Positions 10,156 through 20,391 of a stretch of DNA of 64,000 nucleotides are shown piece after piece. The notes under the pieces were generated by a model, which saw only the letters and a list, made by a program, of their open reading frames with translations, made no database searches and was not told where the DNA came from. The stretch spans positions 527 to 64,526 of the forward strand of contig JBELJQ010000005.1 of NCBI GenBank assembly GCA_042090305.1. Direction: 5' to 3'. This DNA comes from Pelagibacteraceae bacterium (GTDB lineage Bacteria > Pseudomonadota > Alphaproteobacteria > Methylaequorales > Methylaequoraceae). Within the stretch, counting starts at the first letter, position 1; each line of letters starts with the position of its first letter. The translations under genes were made by a program, and so were the position numbers.

Positions 10156-11071
10156 ATTCTTTCTTTAAAATAGCTATAAAAAACCCATCAATTATACCAA
10201 CTAAATTTTTAGTAAAATAGTTCTGCTTTGGTGTTATTAGTAGCATACTCTTATTTAGTAATTTACCATATTTTTTTATATCATCGTCTGGAGTTACTAA
10301 TGAAAAGTTCTTATATTTTTTCAGAAAATTTTCAATTTGCTCTTTACCCTCTTTTGAAAATATAGAGCAAACACAATAGACAAGATATCCACCATTCTTT
10401 AAATGTCTACTGGACTTTTCTATTAGCTTTCTTTGTTTTTTTATTAAACTTTCAAGATCTTCCGTTTTATTTTTTATTAAAATTTCTGGTTTTTTTTGCA
10501 TAAGTCCAGAAGCAGTGCATGGAGCATCCAAAAGCACGGCATCATAAATTACGTCATCACTATAATTAAGAAAGTCCAAACACTTAAAATCTGTATTATA
10601 ATTTAATCTACTTAGATTTTCTTTTAATTTTTCGGCTCTGATAGCTGAAATATCAATGGATCTAGTTTTGAACCCGTAATCAATCAATTGAGCGGTCTTT
10701 CCACCAGGGGCAGCGCCTATCTCTAGAATCATCTTAGAATTTAACTTGTCGGATTGATAAAGCGTCTTTAAACATTTTACTGGAAGTGAAGATGAAATAC
10801 CTTGTACCCACCAAAGACCATCTTTAAAAAAAGGTAAGTTATTAATTCGTCCTTTATTTTTTACTCTAATAATATCTGTATCGATAAACTTTCCGTCTAA
10901 AATAGTTTCCCAATCCTTAGATTTGATATATTTATTTTTAATTTTAATGTCTAGTTCTGGTTCTTGGGTAATAATTTTTGAAATCTTTTTAAGTTCATTA
11001 GCCCCATAAGATTTAGATAAATTTTTCTCTAGCCAATTGGGAATATTTGAAATATCGTCGATTTTTGACAA
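10148..11071 (-). CDS. rsmB: RsmB/Sun m5C RNA methyltransferase, catalytic (C-terminal) part of a frameshift-split gene
   Basis: WWVQGISS, GAAPGGKTAQL, LLDAPCTASG, YCVCS, DGFFIA motifs. Lacks the N-terminal NusB-like domain, which is in the overlapping upstream ORF. Confidence 0.9.
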   Translation of the reverse strand: MSKIDDISNIPNWLEKNLSKSYGANELKKISKIITQEPELDIKIKNKYIKSKDWETILDGKFIDTDIIRVKNKGRINNLPFFKDGLWWVQGISSSLPVKCLKTLYQSDKLNSKMILEIGAAPGGKTAQLIDYGFKTRSIDISAIRAEKLKENLSRLNYNTDFKCLDFLNYSDDVIYDAVLLDAPCTASGLMQKKPEILIKNKTEDLESLIKKQRKLIEKSSRHLKNGGYLVYCVCSIFSKEGKEQIENFLKKYKNFSLVTPDDDIKKYGKLLNKSMLLITPKQNYFTKNLVGIIDGFFIAILKKEYE

Positions 11072-11451
11072 CAGTTCTTTTTTTGCCTACAAACATTCCT
11101 AAGAATGCCATTGATTAGTCCTTGTAAATTAAATTTTTTAGATATTTCAACCGCAGAATTCACGACTGCGTACTCCGATACTTTTAGAAAAAGTATTTGG
11201 CATACAGAAATCCTTAGAAGAAACTCTAAGAATATTTTATTTTTATCAATTGGTTTTTTTAAAAAGAACTTAATAATAAAATCAAGCTGCCTATTTCTTC
11301 TTAAACTCTCTAAAACTATTAATCTAACAAAACTTCTATCCCTTTGTTCCAAGCTATTAAAGTTTTTATTCTTTTCACAGGCTTTTTCAAAATCATTATG
11401 TAAATAAATATATTGTAGAATTTTTGATGCTATTTCTCTTGTATTAGTCAA
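11029..11451 (-). CDS. rsmB: RsmB N-terminal NusB-like domain (N-terminal part of the split gene)
   Basis: RDRSFVRLIVLESLRR, LLRISVCQILFL, YAVVNSAVEI, INGILRNV. Goes out of frame at the A7 run (11078-11084). Confidence 0.88.
   Translation of the reverse strand: MTNTREIASKILQYIYLHNDFEKACEKNKNFNSLEQRDRSFVRLIVLESLRRNRQLDFIIKFFLKKPIDKNKIFLEFLLRISVCQILFLKVSEYAVVNSAVEISKKFNLQGLINGILRNVCRQKKNCCQKSTIFQIFPIG
11077..11083 (-). other. A_AAA_AAG slippery heptamer / A7 tract at the rsmB frameshift junction
   Basis: Minus strand reads AGG CAA AAA AAG AAC; a -1 shift gives ...RQKKELLSKIDDISNIPNW, joining the two halves. Confidence 0.7.
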
Positions 11452-11493
11452 TAATCTATGGCATTAAATGAATTGAAAATTAAGAGTACCATA

Positions 11494-11628
11494 ATGACTA
11501 AAAATCAAAATCAAAAAAAATATAAAACAAAATCAAAAAAAGATTTAAAGGAAATTGGCGGACCAAAAGGACCGGAGCCTACAAGATATGGTGATTGGGA
11601 AAAAAAGGGTATCTGTTACGACTTTTAA
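11494..11628 (+). CDS. DUF1674 / SDHAF4-like small protein (44 aa; missed by the ORF track; alternative in-frame ATG at 11458)
   Basis: Manual translation [44 protein letters not shown] contains the family signature E[19 protein letters not shown]. Confidence 0.93.
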   Translation: MTKNQNQKKYKTKSKKDLKEIGGPKGPEPTRYGDWEKKGICYDF

Positions 11629-13547
11629 CTAGAATCTCTGTGTTTAATTAGATCATCAACCACATCTGGCTCATTAAGTGTGGAGGTATCTCCAATTGAG
11701 TTTTCTTCATTGCAGGCCACCTTTCTCAGTATTCGTCTCATTATCTTTCCCGACCTTGTCTTTGGTAAATTGGGTGACCATTGAATAATGTCCGGTGCTG
11801 CTATTGGCCCTATTATAGATCTTACCCATGACACTAAGTCTTTTTTTAACTCATCTGTATATTCTTGACCGTGCATCAATGTTACATATGCATATATTCC
11901 TTGGCCCTTTATATCGTGAGGGTAACCAACAACTGCGGCTTCAGATACTTTCTCATGGAGAACAAGTGCGCTTTCAACCTCTGCAGTCCCTAATCTATGG
12001 CCAGATACATTTATTACATCATCAACCCGACCAGTTATCCAGTAGTAACCATCTCCATCTCTTTTACATCCGTCACCAGTAAAATATTTTCCTTTAAATG
12101 ATGAAAAATAAGTATCAATAAATCTTTTGTGATTTCTGTAAACAGTTCTCATCATTCCTGGCCATGATGTATTGATGCATAAGTTACCTTCACACTCGCC
12201 ATCCAGTTCATTTCCATCATTATCCACAATTAATGGTTCAACACCAAAAAATGGGAGAGTGGCCGATCCAGGTTTTAAAGGTGTTGCCCCAGATATGGGT
12301 GAAATAAGAATCCCTCCTGTCTCAGTTTGCCACCATGTATCGATGACTGGACATTTTTTTTTGCCGACTATATCGTAGTACCATTTCCATGCTTCAGGAT
12401 TAATTGGCTCACCAACTGTTCCAAGAATTTTTAAAGAATTTCTTGAAGATGAGTTTACTAAATGATCACCAAGTCCCATCAATGCTCTTATCGCAGTTGG
12501 AGCGGTATAAAAAATTGTAACTTGGTATTTATCAACTATTTCCCAAAACCTTGAAGCAGATGGATAGGTTGGAACGCCTTCAAACATCAAGCTTGTTGAG
12601 CCATTACATAATGGTCCGTAAACTATATATGAATGACCTGTAACCCACCCCACATCAGCTGTACACCAATATACATCATCCTCTTTAATATCAAAAACAA
12701 CTTTGTGAGATAAAGATGTATGCAATAGATATCCTGCTGTTGAGTGAAGTACTCCCTTTGGCTTTCCAGTGGAGCCTGAGGTATATAAAATAAATAAAGG
12801 ATCTTCAGAGTGCTGCTCAGAAATTTTGCATTCTTTTTCTTGTTTATCTACTAAGTCACTAAACCATATATCAGTCTTAGGATCAAAAAATTCTGAGGAA
12901 TCAGTTCTTTTCACAACAACTATTTTTTTTAAACCATCATAATTTTTAACTGCTTTTTTTACATTTGATAGAAGTGATATTTTTTTCCCCCCTCTTAAAC
13001 CTTCATTTGCAGTTATAACAACAGTTGACTCACAATCTTCAATCCTATTTTTTAACGAATCAGGTGCGAATCCTCCAAAAACTACGGAGTGCACTGCACC
13101 AATTCGAGAACATGCTAACATTGAAACTGCCGCTTCAGGTATCATTGGTAAATAAATTGTAACTCTATCACCTTTTTTAACTCCAATTGATCTTAAACCG
13201 TTTGAGAGTTTACATACTCTTTCGTGAAGTTCTTTGTATGTAATTTTTTGGTTTTCTGACGGATCATCACCCTCCCAAATAATCGCTACTTTATCTCCTT
13301 TAGTTTTTAAATGTCTGTCTAAACAATTGTAGGAAACATTGAGCGTTCCACCTTCAAACCAATTTATTTTTACGTCATTTTCAAAATTATCACTCTTAAC
13401 TTTTTCAAATGGTTTAATCCAATCTATCCCTTTTGATTTTTCTTTCCAGAAAGATTCCGGATCTGAAATAGAGAACTCGTATTCTTTCTTATACTCATCG
13501 AAAGACATTGAGCTATTATTCAGTATATTTTTATAAATTTCATTCAT
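11625..13547 (-). CDS. acs: Acetyl-CoA synthetase
   Basis: [66 protein letters not shown]. Start may extend to 13559. Confidence 0.98.
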   Translation of the reverse strand: MNEIYKNILNNSSMSFDEYKKEYEFSISDPESFWKEKSKGIDWIKPFEKVKSDNFENDVKINWFEGGTLNVSYNCLDRHLKTKGDKVAIIWEGDDPSENQKITYKELHERVCKLSNGLRSIGVKKGDRVTIYLPMIPEAAVSMLACSRIGAVHSVVFGGFAPDSLKNRIEDCESTVVITANEGLRGGKKISLLSNVKKAVKNYDGLKKIVVVKRTDSSEFFDPKTDIWFSDLVDKQEKECKISEQHSEDPLFILYTSGSTGKPKGVLHSTAGYLLHTSLSHKVVFDIKEDDVYWCTADVGWVTGHSYIVYGPLCNGSTSLMFEGVPTYPSASRFWEIVDKYQVTIFYTAPTAIRALMGLGDHLVNSSSRNSLKILGTVGEPINPEAWKWYYDIVGKKKCPVIDTWWQTETGGILISPISGATPLKPGSATLPFFGVEPLIVDNDGNELDGECEGNLCINTSWPGMMRTVYRNHKRFIDTYFSSFKGKYFTGDGCKRDGDGYYWITGRVDDVINVSGHRLGTAEVESALVLHEKVSEAAVVGYPHDIKGQGIYAYVTLMHGQEYTDELKKDLVSWVRSIIGPIAAPDIIQWSPNLPKTRSGKIMRRILRKVACNEENSIGDTSTLNEPDVVDDLIKHRDSS

Positions 13548-13582
13548 TTTCAAAATCATATTATAGTTATTTTTTATTAAAG

Positions 13583-13855
13583 TTAAAAAACTTTTTTAAA
13601 CTCTTTAACTATTATTTTTTGAAATAGTTTTTTTTTTGCGTAAGGATCATTATTTAAAAAACTGTTTACTTCCGCGATATTTTCGAAATTTAATATTAAT
13701 AGACTTCCATAAGGAGTGCCAGCTTTATCCAGCAATGGTCCAGCTGTGATAATACTTTTCTCAAATTTTTTTAGATAATTAATATGCTCATCTCTTGTTC
13801 TCATCCTCTTTTCAAGTGAATTTTTTTTATCTATACATGTAATAAAATACGACAT
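13583..13855 (-). CDS. yciI: YciI family protein
   Basis: [25 protein letters not shown] motifs; conserved location after gpsA. Confidence 0.9.
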   Translation of the reverse strand: MSYFITCIDKKNSLEKRMRTRDEHINYLKKFEKSIITAGPLLDKAGTPYGSLLILNFENIAEVNSFLNNDPYAKKKLFQKIIVKEFKKVF

Positions 13856-14784
13856 TATTTTTCAAATTGAATAGGTCTAGAAAGTAAATCAAAAATTATC
13901 TTCTCTAATTTTTGCCCATTTACGATTGATTTAACAGATAAACAAATTGGCAGCTCAACTTTATATTTTTTACCCAACTCACATATACTATCGCAGGACT
14001 CAAGACCTTCAAGTAAAATATTTTTAGGGAGTTCATCAGTATTTGCCAGTTTATAACCAAACTTTGCATTCCTTGATTTTAAAGAGGAGCAAGATAAAAC
14101 CAGATCACCGATACCGGATAATCCGTAAAATGTTTCTCTTTTCGCACCCATTTTCAGACCAAGATTAATTATTTCCGATAAGCCTCTTGTAATTATTGCC
14201 GCTTTAGCATTTTCTCCTAAACCACACCCATGAATATAACCACATGCTATAGCAATTATATTTTTCATTGTCCCCCCAATTTGAGTGCCTATTATGTCAT
14301 TATTGAAGTAAATTCTAAATTTATCTTGAGAAAAATATTTAGCAATTTCTTTCAAAACAATTTTACTTGATGATGCAAGTACAGATGCTGATGGCTTTCT
14401 TTTAATAAGCTCTGAAGAAAAATTCGGACCAGATAGTATCGCTACTTTTGATGATGGGAAGAAATCTTTTATTACTTGACTCATGAGTTTATTGGTTCTT
14501 TTTTCAACACCCTTTGAGCAAACTACAAATGTAGGTTTATTTTTATGAGATACATTTTTTAATTTTAAAAGATTTTCTCGCATTGTTTGTGACGGGATTG
14601 CCAAAAAAATTATATTGGAATTTGTTAAATCCTTAAAATCACTTGTAAGTCTTAATCTATTTGAGTTAAATTTATTTTCGATGGACTTAATTTTTCTACA
14701 TTTTATCAGAATCTTTTGATTAACAAGTATTTTAGTAAGCGCTTCAGCCCAACTGCCTGATCCAATTATACTTATATTACTCAT
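13855..14784 (-). CDS. gpsA: NAD(P)H-dependent glycerol-3-phosphate dehydrogenase
   Basis: IIGSGSW, CSKGVE, LSGPNF, GGTMKNIIAIACG, GLSGIGDLVLSCSSLKSRN. ATGA overlap with tsaD puts the start at 14784. Confidence 0.93.
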   Translation of the reverse strand: MSNISIIGSGSWAEALTKILVNQKILIKCRKIKSIENKFNSNRLRLTSDFKDLTNSNIIFLAIPSQTMRENLLKLKNVSHKNKPTFVVCSKGVEKRTNKLMSQVIKDFFPSSKVAILSGPNFSSELIKRKPSASVLASSSKIVLKEIAKYFSQDKFRIYFNNDIIGTQIGGTMKNIIAIACGYIHGCGLGENAKAAIITRGLSEIINLGLKMGAKRETFYGLSGIGDLVLSCSSLKSRNAKFGYKLANTDELPKNILLEGLESCDSICELGKKYKVELPICLSVKSIVNGQKLEKIIFDLLSRPIQFEK

Positions 14785-15806
14785 AATGATTCTAAACTCC
14801 ATCTTGGATTTGGTGATATGTCAAGGTTATCACCTTTTTTATTTTTACAAAGCTTTTCAATTCCTGCCCATGCAATCATTGTCGCATTATCTGTACATAA
14901 TTTTTTGTCGGGAGCAATGAAATTTAGGTTGCTAGTCTTACAAAGTATTTTAAATTTGTTACGTAAAAAATTATTAGACGCCACACCACCAGTCAGTACA
15001 AAATCTTTGATTTGATATTTTTTAACAGACTCTTTTATTACTAAATGTACTTTATTAATCAAACATTCTGAAACACATAACTGAAACTCATAAGCAATTT
15101 CTGGTTTATCTGACTCGCTTATACCTGATTCAATTATCCGTCTAACAGCTGTTTTAAGTCCAGAAAAAGACAAATTTGTAGTTTTATCTTTTATTAAGGG
15201 TCTTGGAAGGTTGAATTTTAATTTCTTTTTTGATTGATTTGCTAGATTTTCTATATGCGGTCCACCTGGATAATTAAAACCAAGAACTTTTGCAGTTTTA
15301 TCAAAGGCTTCGCCGACAGCATCATCAATTGATTCACCAAGCACTTTAAATTCATCAAATTTTTTTACAATTAGAATAATTGAGTGACCTCCTGAAACAA
15401 GTAAGCATAAATATGGGTAATTAATCCTTTTTTTTATACGAGCTACAAGAACATGTCCTTGTAGATGGTTAATAGATAAAAAGGGCTTACCAGTTGTTAT
15501 AGATAATCCTTTAGCATAATTACATCCAACTAATAAGCCCCCTAAAAGACCGGGCCCTGTTGTTGCTGCAAATGCGTCTATTTCACTCAAATTTATTTTA
15601 GCTTCTTTTAAAACCTCTTTCATAAGCTTATTTATGCTATCACTATGTTCTCTAGAAGCTAATTCAGGAACAACTCCACCAAAAACTTGATGTTTATTTA
15701 CTTGAGATAATGTCTTTTCTGATAAAACTTCTCCAAAACCTCTAGTTTTTTTTACTATTGAAACAGAAGTTTCATCGCAACTACTTTCTATGCCCAAAAC
15801 TATCAT
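14781..15806 (-). CDS. tsaD: tRNA t6A threonylcarbamoyltransferase TsaD
   Basis: LGIESSCDET, GGVVPELASREH, GPGLLGGL, NHLQGH, LLVSGGH, DDAVGEAFDK, TDNATMIA. Confidence 0.97.
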   Translation of the reverse strand: MIVLGIESSCDETSVSIVKKTRGFGEVLSEKTLSQVNKHQVFGGVVPELASREHSDSINKLMKEVLKEAKINLSEIDAFAATTGPGLLGGLLVGCNYAKGLSITTGKPFLSINHLQGHVLVARIKKRINYPYLCLLVSGGHSIILIVKKFDEFKVLGESIDDAVGEAFDKTAKVLGFNYPGGPHIENLANQSKKKLKFNLPRPLIKDKTTNLSFSGLKTAVRRIIESGISESDKPEIAYEFQLCVSECLINKVHLVIKESVKKYQIKDFVLTGGVASNNFLRNKFKILCKTSNLNFIAPDKKLCTDNATMIAWAGIEKLCKNKKGDNLDISPNPRWSLESL

Positions 15807-15866
15807 TATATATTAATTTTTCATTGCCTTAATTATTTTTATCTATAATAAAATAATACCTATACA

Positions 15867-16793
15867 ATGAAATATAATATTGAAAAAATAATTATTGGTT
15901 CTAGAGAAAGTAAATTAGCAAAAGCTCATATAGAAATTTTTAAAAAAGAATTTTATAAAAAGATAATTGGAAGTGAAAATTTAATAGTAGATTCGAAATT
16001 CATTAAAACTACAGCTGATAAATTTTTAGATAAAAACATTTCCGAAATTGGAAATAAGGGGCTTTTTACAAAAGAAATAGACAAAGAACAGATTAACAAT
16101 AATATACACATCGGAATCCACTCTTTAAAAGACCTACCAACTAAACTTCACTCAGGATTAGAAATTTTATCCGTACTAAAAAGGGGAGACCATAGAGATG
16201 CATTATATTCAGAAAAAGCATGTAGCCTAGATCAACTCAAATCTGATTCAGTTATAGGAACATCATCAATAAGAAGAAGAAATCAAATTTTGAATCTTAG
16301 GCCTGATATAGTTATCAAAGATATTAGAGGTAATGTTGATACAAGAATAAAAAAACTACAGAATGGTGAGTTTGATGCTATCATTTTAGCTTTATCAGGT
16401 TTAAAAAGGTTGAGGGTTAAAAAAAATTTTTATGCATTGGATATCAATTTTATTGTTCCTTCGGTAGGTCAAGGTTCTATTGCATTGGTTGGAAATAAAA
16501 AAAATACTAAAATAAATAAATTAATAAAAAAAGTAAACGATGAAAAAACATTCATTGAGGTTTCTTGTGAGAGAGAATTTCTTCGAGCTCTTGATGGTTC
16601 ATGCAAAACCCCAATCGGAGCATATGCAGAAATTAAAGATTTTAATAGAAGGGATTACATTTCACTTTTCTATTATGTATCTTCAATTGATGGAAAAAAT
16701 TTTGTTAAGAATAAAAAAAATATTAACCTTAAAGATTATTTATCCGAAAGCTATAATTTAGGAGAGGATGTCAAAAGAGAACTTAAACTTTAG
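15867..16793 (+). CDS. hemC: Hydroxymethylbilane synthase
   Basis: GSRESKLA, KGLFTKEID, HSLKDLPT, GTSSIRR, RGNVDTR, LDGSCKTPIGA. Confidence 0.96.
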   Translation: MKYNIEKIIIGSRESKLAKAHIEIFKKEFYKKIIGSENLIVDSKFIKTTADKFLDKNISEIGNKGLFTKEIDKEQINNNIHIGIHSLKDLPTKLHSGLEILSVLKRGDHRDALYSEKACSLDQLKSDSVIGTSSIRRRNQILNLRPDIVIKDIRGNVDTRIKKLQNGEFDAIILALSGLKRLRVKKNFYALDINFIVPSVGQGSIALVGNKKNTKINKLIKKVNDEKTFIEVSCEREFLRALDGSCKTPIGAYAEIKDFNRRDYISLFYYVSSIDGKNFVKNKKNINLKDYLSESYNLGEDVKRELKL

Positions 16794-17517
16794 TAAAAAG
16801 AAAATTCTTCTAACCAGACCATTAGAAGATTCTTTAGAAATATCCAAAAAAATTAGTAAAAGATTTGATGTTTACTTAACACCTCTTTTAGAAATAAAAA
16901 GTATCAACAATAGGATAGATTACATTGATGAAATAGATATAATAATCTTTACAAGTAAGAATGGATTACGACATTTTAATGGAAAAAGTTGTATAGGAAA
17001 ACAGCTTATTTTCACAATAGGTGACGGCACAAAAGAATTGGCAAACAAAGAAGGTATTGATAATGTAATAAATATTGATGGTGATTTAAAAAGATTGCAA
17101 TTAAAAATTAAACCTTATTTAAAAAAAAAAATGAAAATTCTTCATCCAACTTCACAAAAAATAAATTTAGAACTAGAGTCATTTTTTTCAGAAAATAGTT
17201 GTTCATATATTGCATTTTCATGTTACGAATCAATTAAGATCAATAAGAATAAATTGAAATTCAAGAAATTTATGAAAAATAGTGATGATGGAATTATAAC
17301 TTTGTTTTCCTCAAAAACTGCAGACTCTTTTAAGAATGAATTGATTTCCATGGAATGTAAAGAATATTGTAGGTATAAAAATTTGATAGTACTGAGTAAA
17401 CAAATTTTCAATAAAGTAAGTGACCTGAGTTTTAAGCAAGTAGAAGTAACAGACAAACCAAATCTAAAGTCAGCAATCAAAAGAATTGAACAATTTTTAG
17501 ACGGGAGAAAAAGTTGA
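16768..17517 (+). CDS. hemD: Uroporphyrinogen-III synthase
   Basis: ILLTRP, IIFTSKNG, IGDGT, FSSKTA motifs; directly after hemC. Confidence 0.88.
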   Translation: MSKENLNFSKKKILLTRPLEDSLEISKKISKRFDVYLTPLLEIKSINNRIDYIDEIDIIIFTSKNGLRHFNGKSCIGKQLIFTIGDGTKELANKEGIDNVINIDGDLKRLQLKIKPYLKKKMKILHPTSQKINLELESFFSENSCSYIAFSCYESIKINKNKLKFKKFMKNSDDGIITLFSSKTADSFKNELISMECKEYCRYKNLIVLSKQIFNKVSDLSFKQVEVTDKPNLKSAIKRIEQFLDGRKS

Positions 17518-18527
17518 GTAGTCAAGAACCCAATTCTCCCAAAGAGGGTGACTTTATTGATTTAAACAAAAAAGATTTCAAAAAGAAAAGTAATTTTATT
17601 AGAAATTTTTTCCTCTTTTTGATCTTAGTTTCAATAGGTTTATTTGTAGGCTTTTTAGCTAGTAAGGAAGATCTGATGAACTTATTACAGCTAAACACCC
17701 TTCCAGAAACACCTGTATTAAACTATTCACAAGATAGCTACATAGAAAATAAACAAAATAAAGAAGTAGAAACCTTTACTCAAAGGATAGAAGATATAAA
17801 GTTAAATTATAATAATTTAGAAAATAAGTTAAAAATTTTAGAAGATAGAAATAATGGACTAAATAATCAGCTATCAGAGATTAAAAAGTTAGTCGTACAA
17901 AAAAGAAAAAATCTAGTTCCTGAAGACTACAAGAATTATTTTTTGTTTTTAAAATTTAAATCTAAACTTATAGGTAAACAAGATTTCAAAGTTGAGCTTG
18001 AAGATTTATTTCTCAATCTAAGTCAAGAAAGCGAGTCATATGGTTCATTAAATTTTTTTAGCAGTATTAATGCAAATGAAATTACAACAAGATTTGAATT
18101 ACTAGAATTAATTAATAATATGATTAAAGTACATAAATCAGATATTGAAATACTCATCGAAAGAATTCAATATGATGATAATCTTAAGCTTGAAAAGGTC
18201 TTTGAAAGTAAGGAATCCTTTATTAGTTATTTAAAAGAAATATTTTCATCCACATTTAAAATAACCAAATTTCAAAATAATAAACCCAATGAACAATCAT
18301 TTGATAGTAATTTAGTTGTTAATACCCTAGAGACAGCTAAAGAGTATATTTTAATCGGAGAAATTGATGAATTTATAAATATTCTTGGATTATTAAGTAT
18401 AGACGACTCCGATTTAAATCTTTTGAAAAACAAAGCTATTATTTATGAAAAATATAATGACCACTTAAATAAAATTGAAAATGATATTTTAAAAATAACT
18501 GGGAATAGTGTTGATAAGAACTTTTAA
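17514..18527 (+). CDS. Mitofilin/Mic60-like (COG4223/HemX-position) inner-membrane coiled-coil protein
   Basis: One N-terminal TM, long coiled coil, C-terminal TAKEYILIGEIDEFINIL resembling the mitofilin signature; lies between hemD and hemY. Confidence 0.65.
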   Translation: MSSQEPNSPKEGDFIDLNKKDFKKKSNFIRNFFLFLILVSIGLFVGFLASKEDLMNLLQLNTLPETPVLNYSQDSYIENKQNKEVETFTQRIEDIKLNYNNLENKLKILEDRNNGLNNQLSEIKKLVVQKRKNLVPEDYKNYFLFLKFKSKLIGKQDFKVELEDLFLNLSQESESYGSLNFFSSINANEITTRFELLELINNMIKVHKSDIEILIERIQYDDNLKLEKVFESKESFISYLKEIFSSTFKITKFQNNKPNEQSFDSNLVVNTLETAKEYILIGEIDEFINILGLLSIDDSDLNLLKNKAIIYEKYNDHLNKIENDILKITGNSVDKNF

Positions 18528-19824
18528 ACTTTTCATAATTTTAATTTTAGTATCAACTGGTTTTGTATGGCTAACAAATAACCCGGGTACTATTACAATT
18601 GTATGGAGTGACTACCTAATTAAGACAAATTCATTTGGATTTATTTTTCTGATTTTAGTAACATTTATAATTATTTTTTTTCTTATAAATCTCTTTCAAA
18701 AAATAAGAAATATTCCTAGAGAAATTAATATATCAAGACAGAAAAAGAATATCAAATTAGCTGATCAGACATTAAATAGTCTTGCTGAGAATTTATTTCT
18801 TGGTAATGCTAAAGGCATAGAAAAAGATTCTAGAAGAATAAAAAAATTTTTAAATAATGATTTTTTTACAAATTTCATGCTCTTCCAGTCTGCCTTTATT
18901 CAAAATGATATCAATAATTCAAAAAAATATTTAGAGTTTTTAAAAATTGATAAAAAATATAGTTATATTGCAAGGCGAGTCGAAATTTTGATCTTACATA
19001 AATCTAAAGACACTGATTCATTAAAAAAATTGTTAATAAAATCGTGTAAGGATTACCCAAATGATGATTGGTTTCATGAAAGATTATCTTTGATTTATTC
19101 AATAGAAAAGGATTGGGAGAAAGCCCATGATACACTGGAAAAAATTAAGCCAAATATATCTGTCCGTAATAAAAAAATGCTAGCAAATTTAAAAGTCCTA
19201 TCAAAAAAAAATGTTGTAGAGGCATTTAATCTCACTAATAATTCAATAATTGTTATTTTAGAGAACATTAAATATTACATTGACAATAATAACGTTAAAA
19301 AGGCAGCTCAGATCCTTAATAAAATGTGGCCCAACTTTTTATGTTTTGAAATAATGGAAATCTTTATGACATACAAATTAACTAATTCAAAAGATGCGCT
19401 TCAAAGATATAAGCTTATAAATAGGAATCTAAAAAAAATTATTAATGCAGGTGGCAATGAAACAAAACTAGCATTAGCCTACGCTTGTTACAAGTCTTCT
19501 TTGTGGGGAGAGTCACAAAATTATCTTGACCAAGTAGATAAAAAATCTATCGATAAAAGAGTTATTGGACTTTACAAAAAATTATCTGAAAAAAGTGAAA
19601 AGATTAATTTTGATGATAAAAGTATTACGACTTGTGTGGAGCCAATGTGGAGATGTACTACGTGTAGTTTTAAAAGCAAAAAATCGGAATATCTTTGTAG
19701 TAATTGTAATTCAATTGATTCCTATGTATGGCCTAAAGCAAAAAAAGTCTCTGAAAAGAAGATTAATTTTTATTCTGACTTTTTACAGAATTCTTTTAGA
19801 CATCTTCCAAAAATGGAGAGATAA
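18508..19824 (+). CDS. HemY-like TPR membrane protein with C-terminal CxxC...CxxC zinc ribbon
   Basis: WLTNNPGTITIVW N-terminal motif, two TMs, helical repeats, SLWGES, WRCTTC...CSNC. Confidence 0.8.
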   Translation: MLIRTFKLFIILILVSTGFVWLTNNPGTITIVWSDYLIKTNSFGFIFLILVTFIIIFFLINLFQKIRNIPREINISRQKKNIKLADQTLNSLAENLFLGNAKGIEKDSRRIKKFLNNDFFTNFMLFQSAFIQNDINNSKKYLEFLKIDKKYSYIARRVEILILHKSKDTDSLKKLLIKSCKDYPNDDWFHERLSLIYSIEKDWEKAHDTLEKIKPNISVRNKKMLANLKVLSKKNVVEAFNLTNNSIIVILENIKYYIDNNNVKKAAQILNKMWPNFLCFEIMEIFMTYKLTNSKDALQRYKLINRNLKKIINAGGNETKLALAYACYKSSLWGESQNYLDQVDKKSIDKRVIGLYKKLSEKSEKINFDDKSITTCVEPMWRCTTCSFKSKKSEYLCSNCNSIDSYVWPKAKKVSEKKINFYSDFLQNSFRHLPKMER

Positions 19825-20391
19825 AATTGACAAAAATGGAGAGAAGGTGGAGTAAAAATCAATCTCACTACCTTCTTGTTGGGTGATTTTAAATATTACC
19901 TTTTTTATCACTAAATCATCACTTGGAAATACATTCAGTCTTTTAAAAAAGAAAATCAACATATTATCTGCTGTCCATGGTCCTATACCATTAAATGATT
20001 CGAGCTTGCTTTTAAGTTTAAGGTCAGATTCAAATTTTAAATCATCTGGTACTATTCTTTTTTCATTTATCGAGTCATAAATTTCCTCAATATACTTTTT
20101 TTTCCTTTCTGAAACCTTTGTAATTTTTAGTGCATTCAATAAATGAGACTTTTTAGTAAATAATTTATATATTTTCTTTTGTGAATTAAAGCAGAATTCA
20201 TTCCAGATCTTTTCAGCAACTTGATTAGATATTTGCTGGGATATTATAATTTTACTAATGTACATAAAAAAGTCTAACTTTGTATTTTTTATACTCATTA
20301 CGTTGTTTATCTGTATTTGATTTTTTAAAAAAATAAAATTCTTACTTTTTTGAATTAAAGTTTTGTGAATCTTTTTGAAGTCTTTTGTCAT
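19783..20391 (-). CDS. DNA-3-methyladenine glycosylase II-like (AlkA, HhH-GPD)
   Basis: IISQQIS, FNGIGPWTA HhH motif, RLNVFPSDDLVI. Confidence 0.85.
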   Translation of the reverse strand: MTKDFKKIHKTLIQKSKNFIFLKNQIQINNVMSIKNTKLDFFMYISKIIISQQISNQVAEKIWNEFCFNSQKKIYKLFTKKSHLLNALKITKVSERKKKYIEEIYDSINEKRIVPDDLKFESDLKLKSKLESFNGIGPWTADNMLIFFFKRLNVFPSDDLVIKKVIFKITQQEGSEIDFYSTFSPFLSILSLHFWKMSKRIL

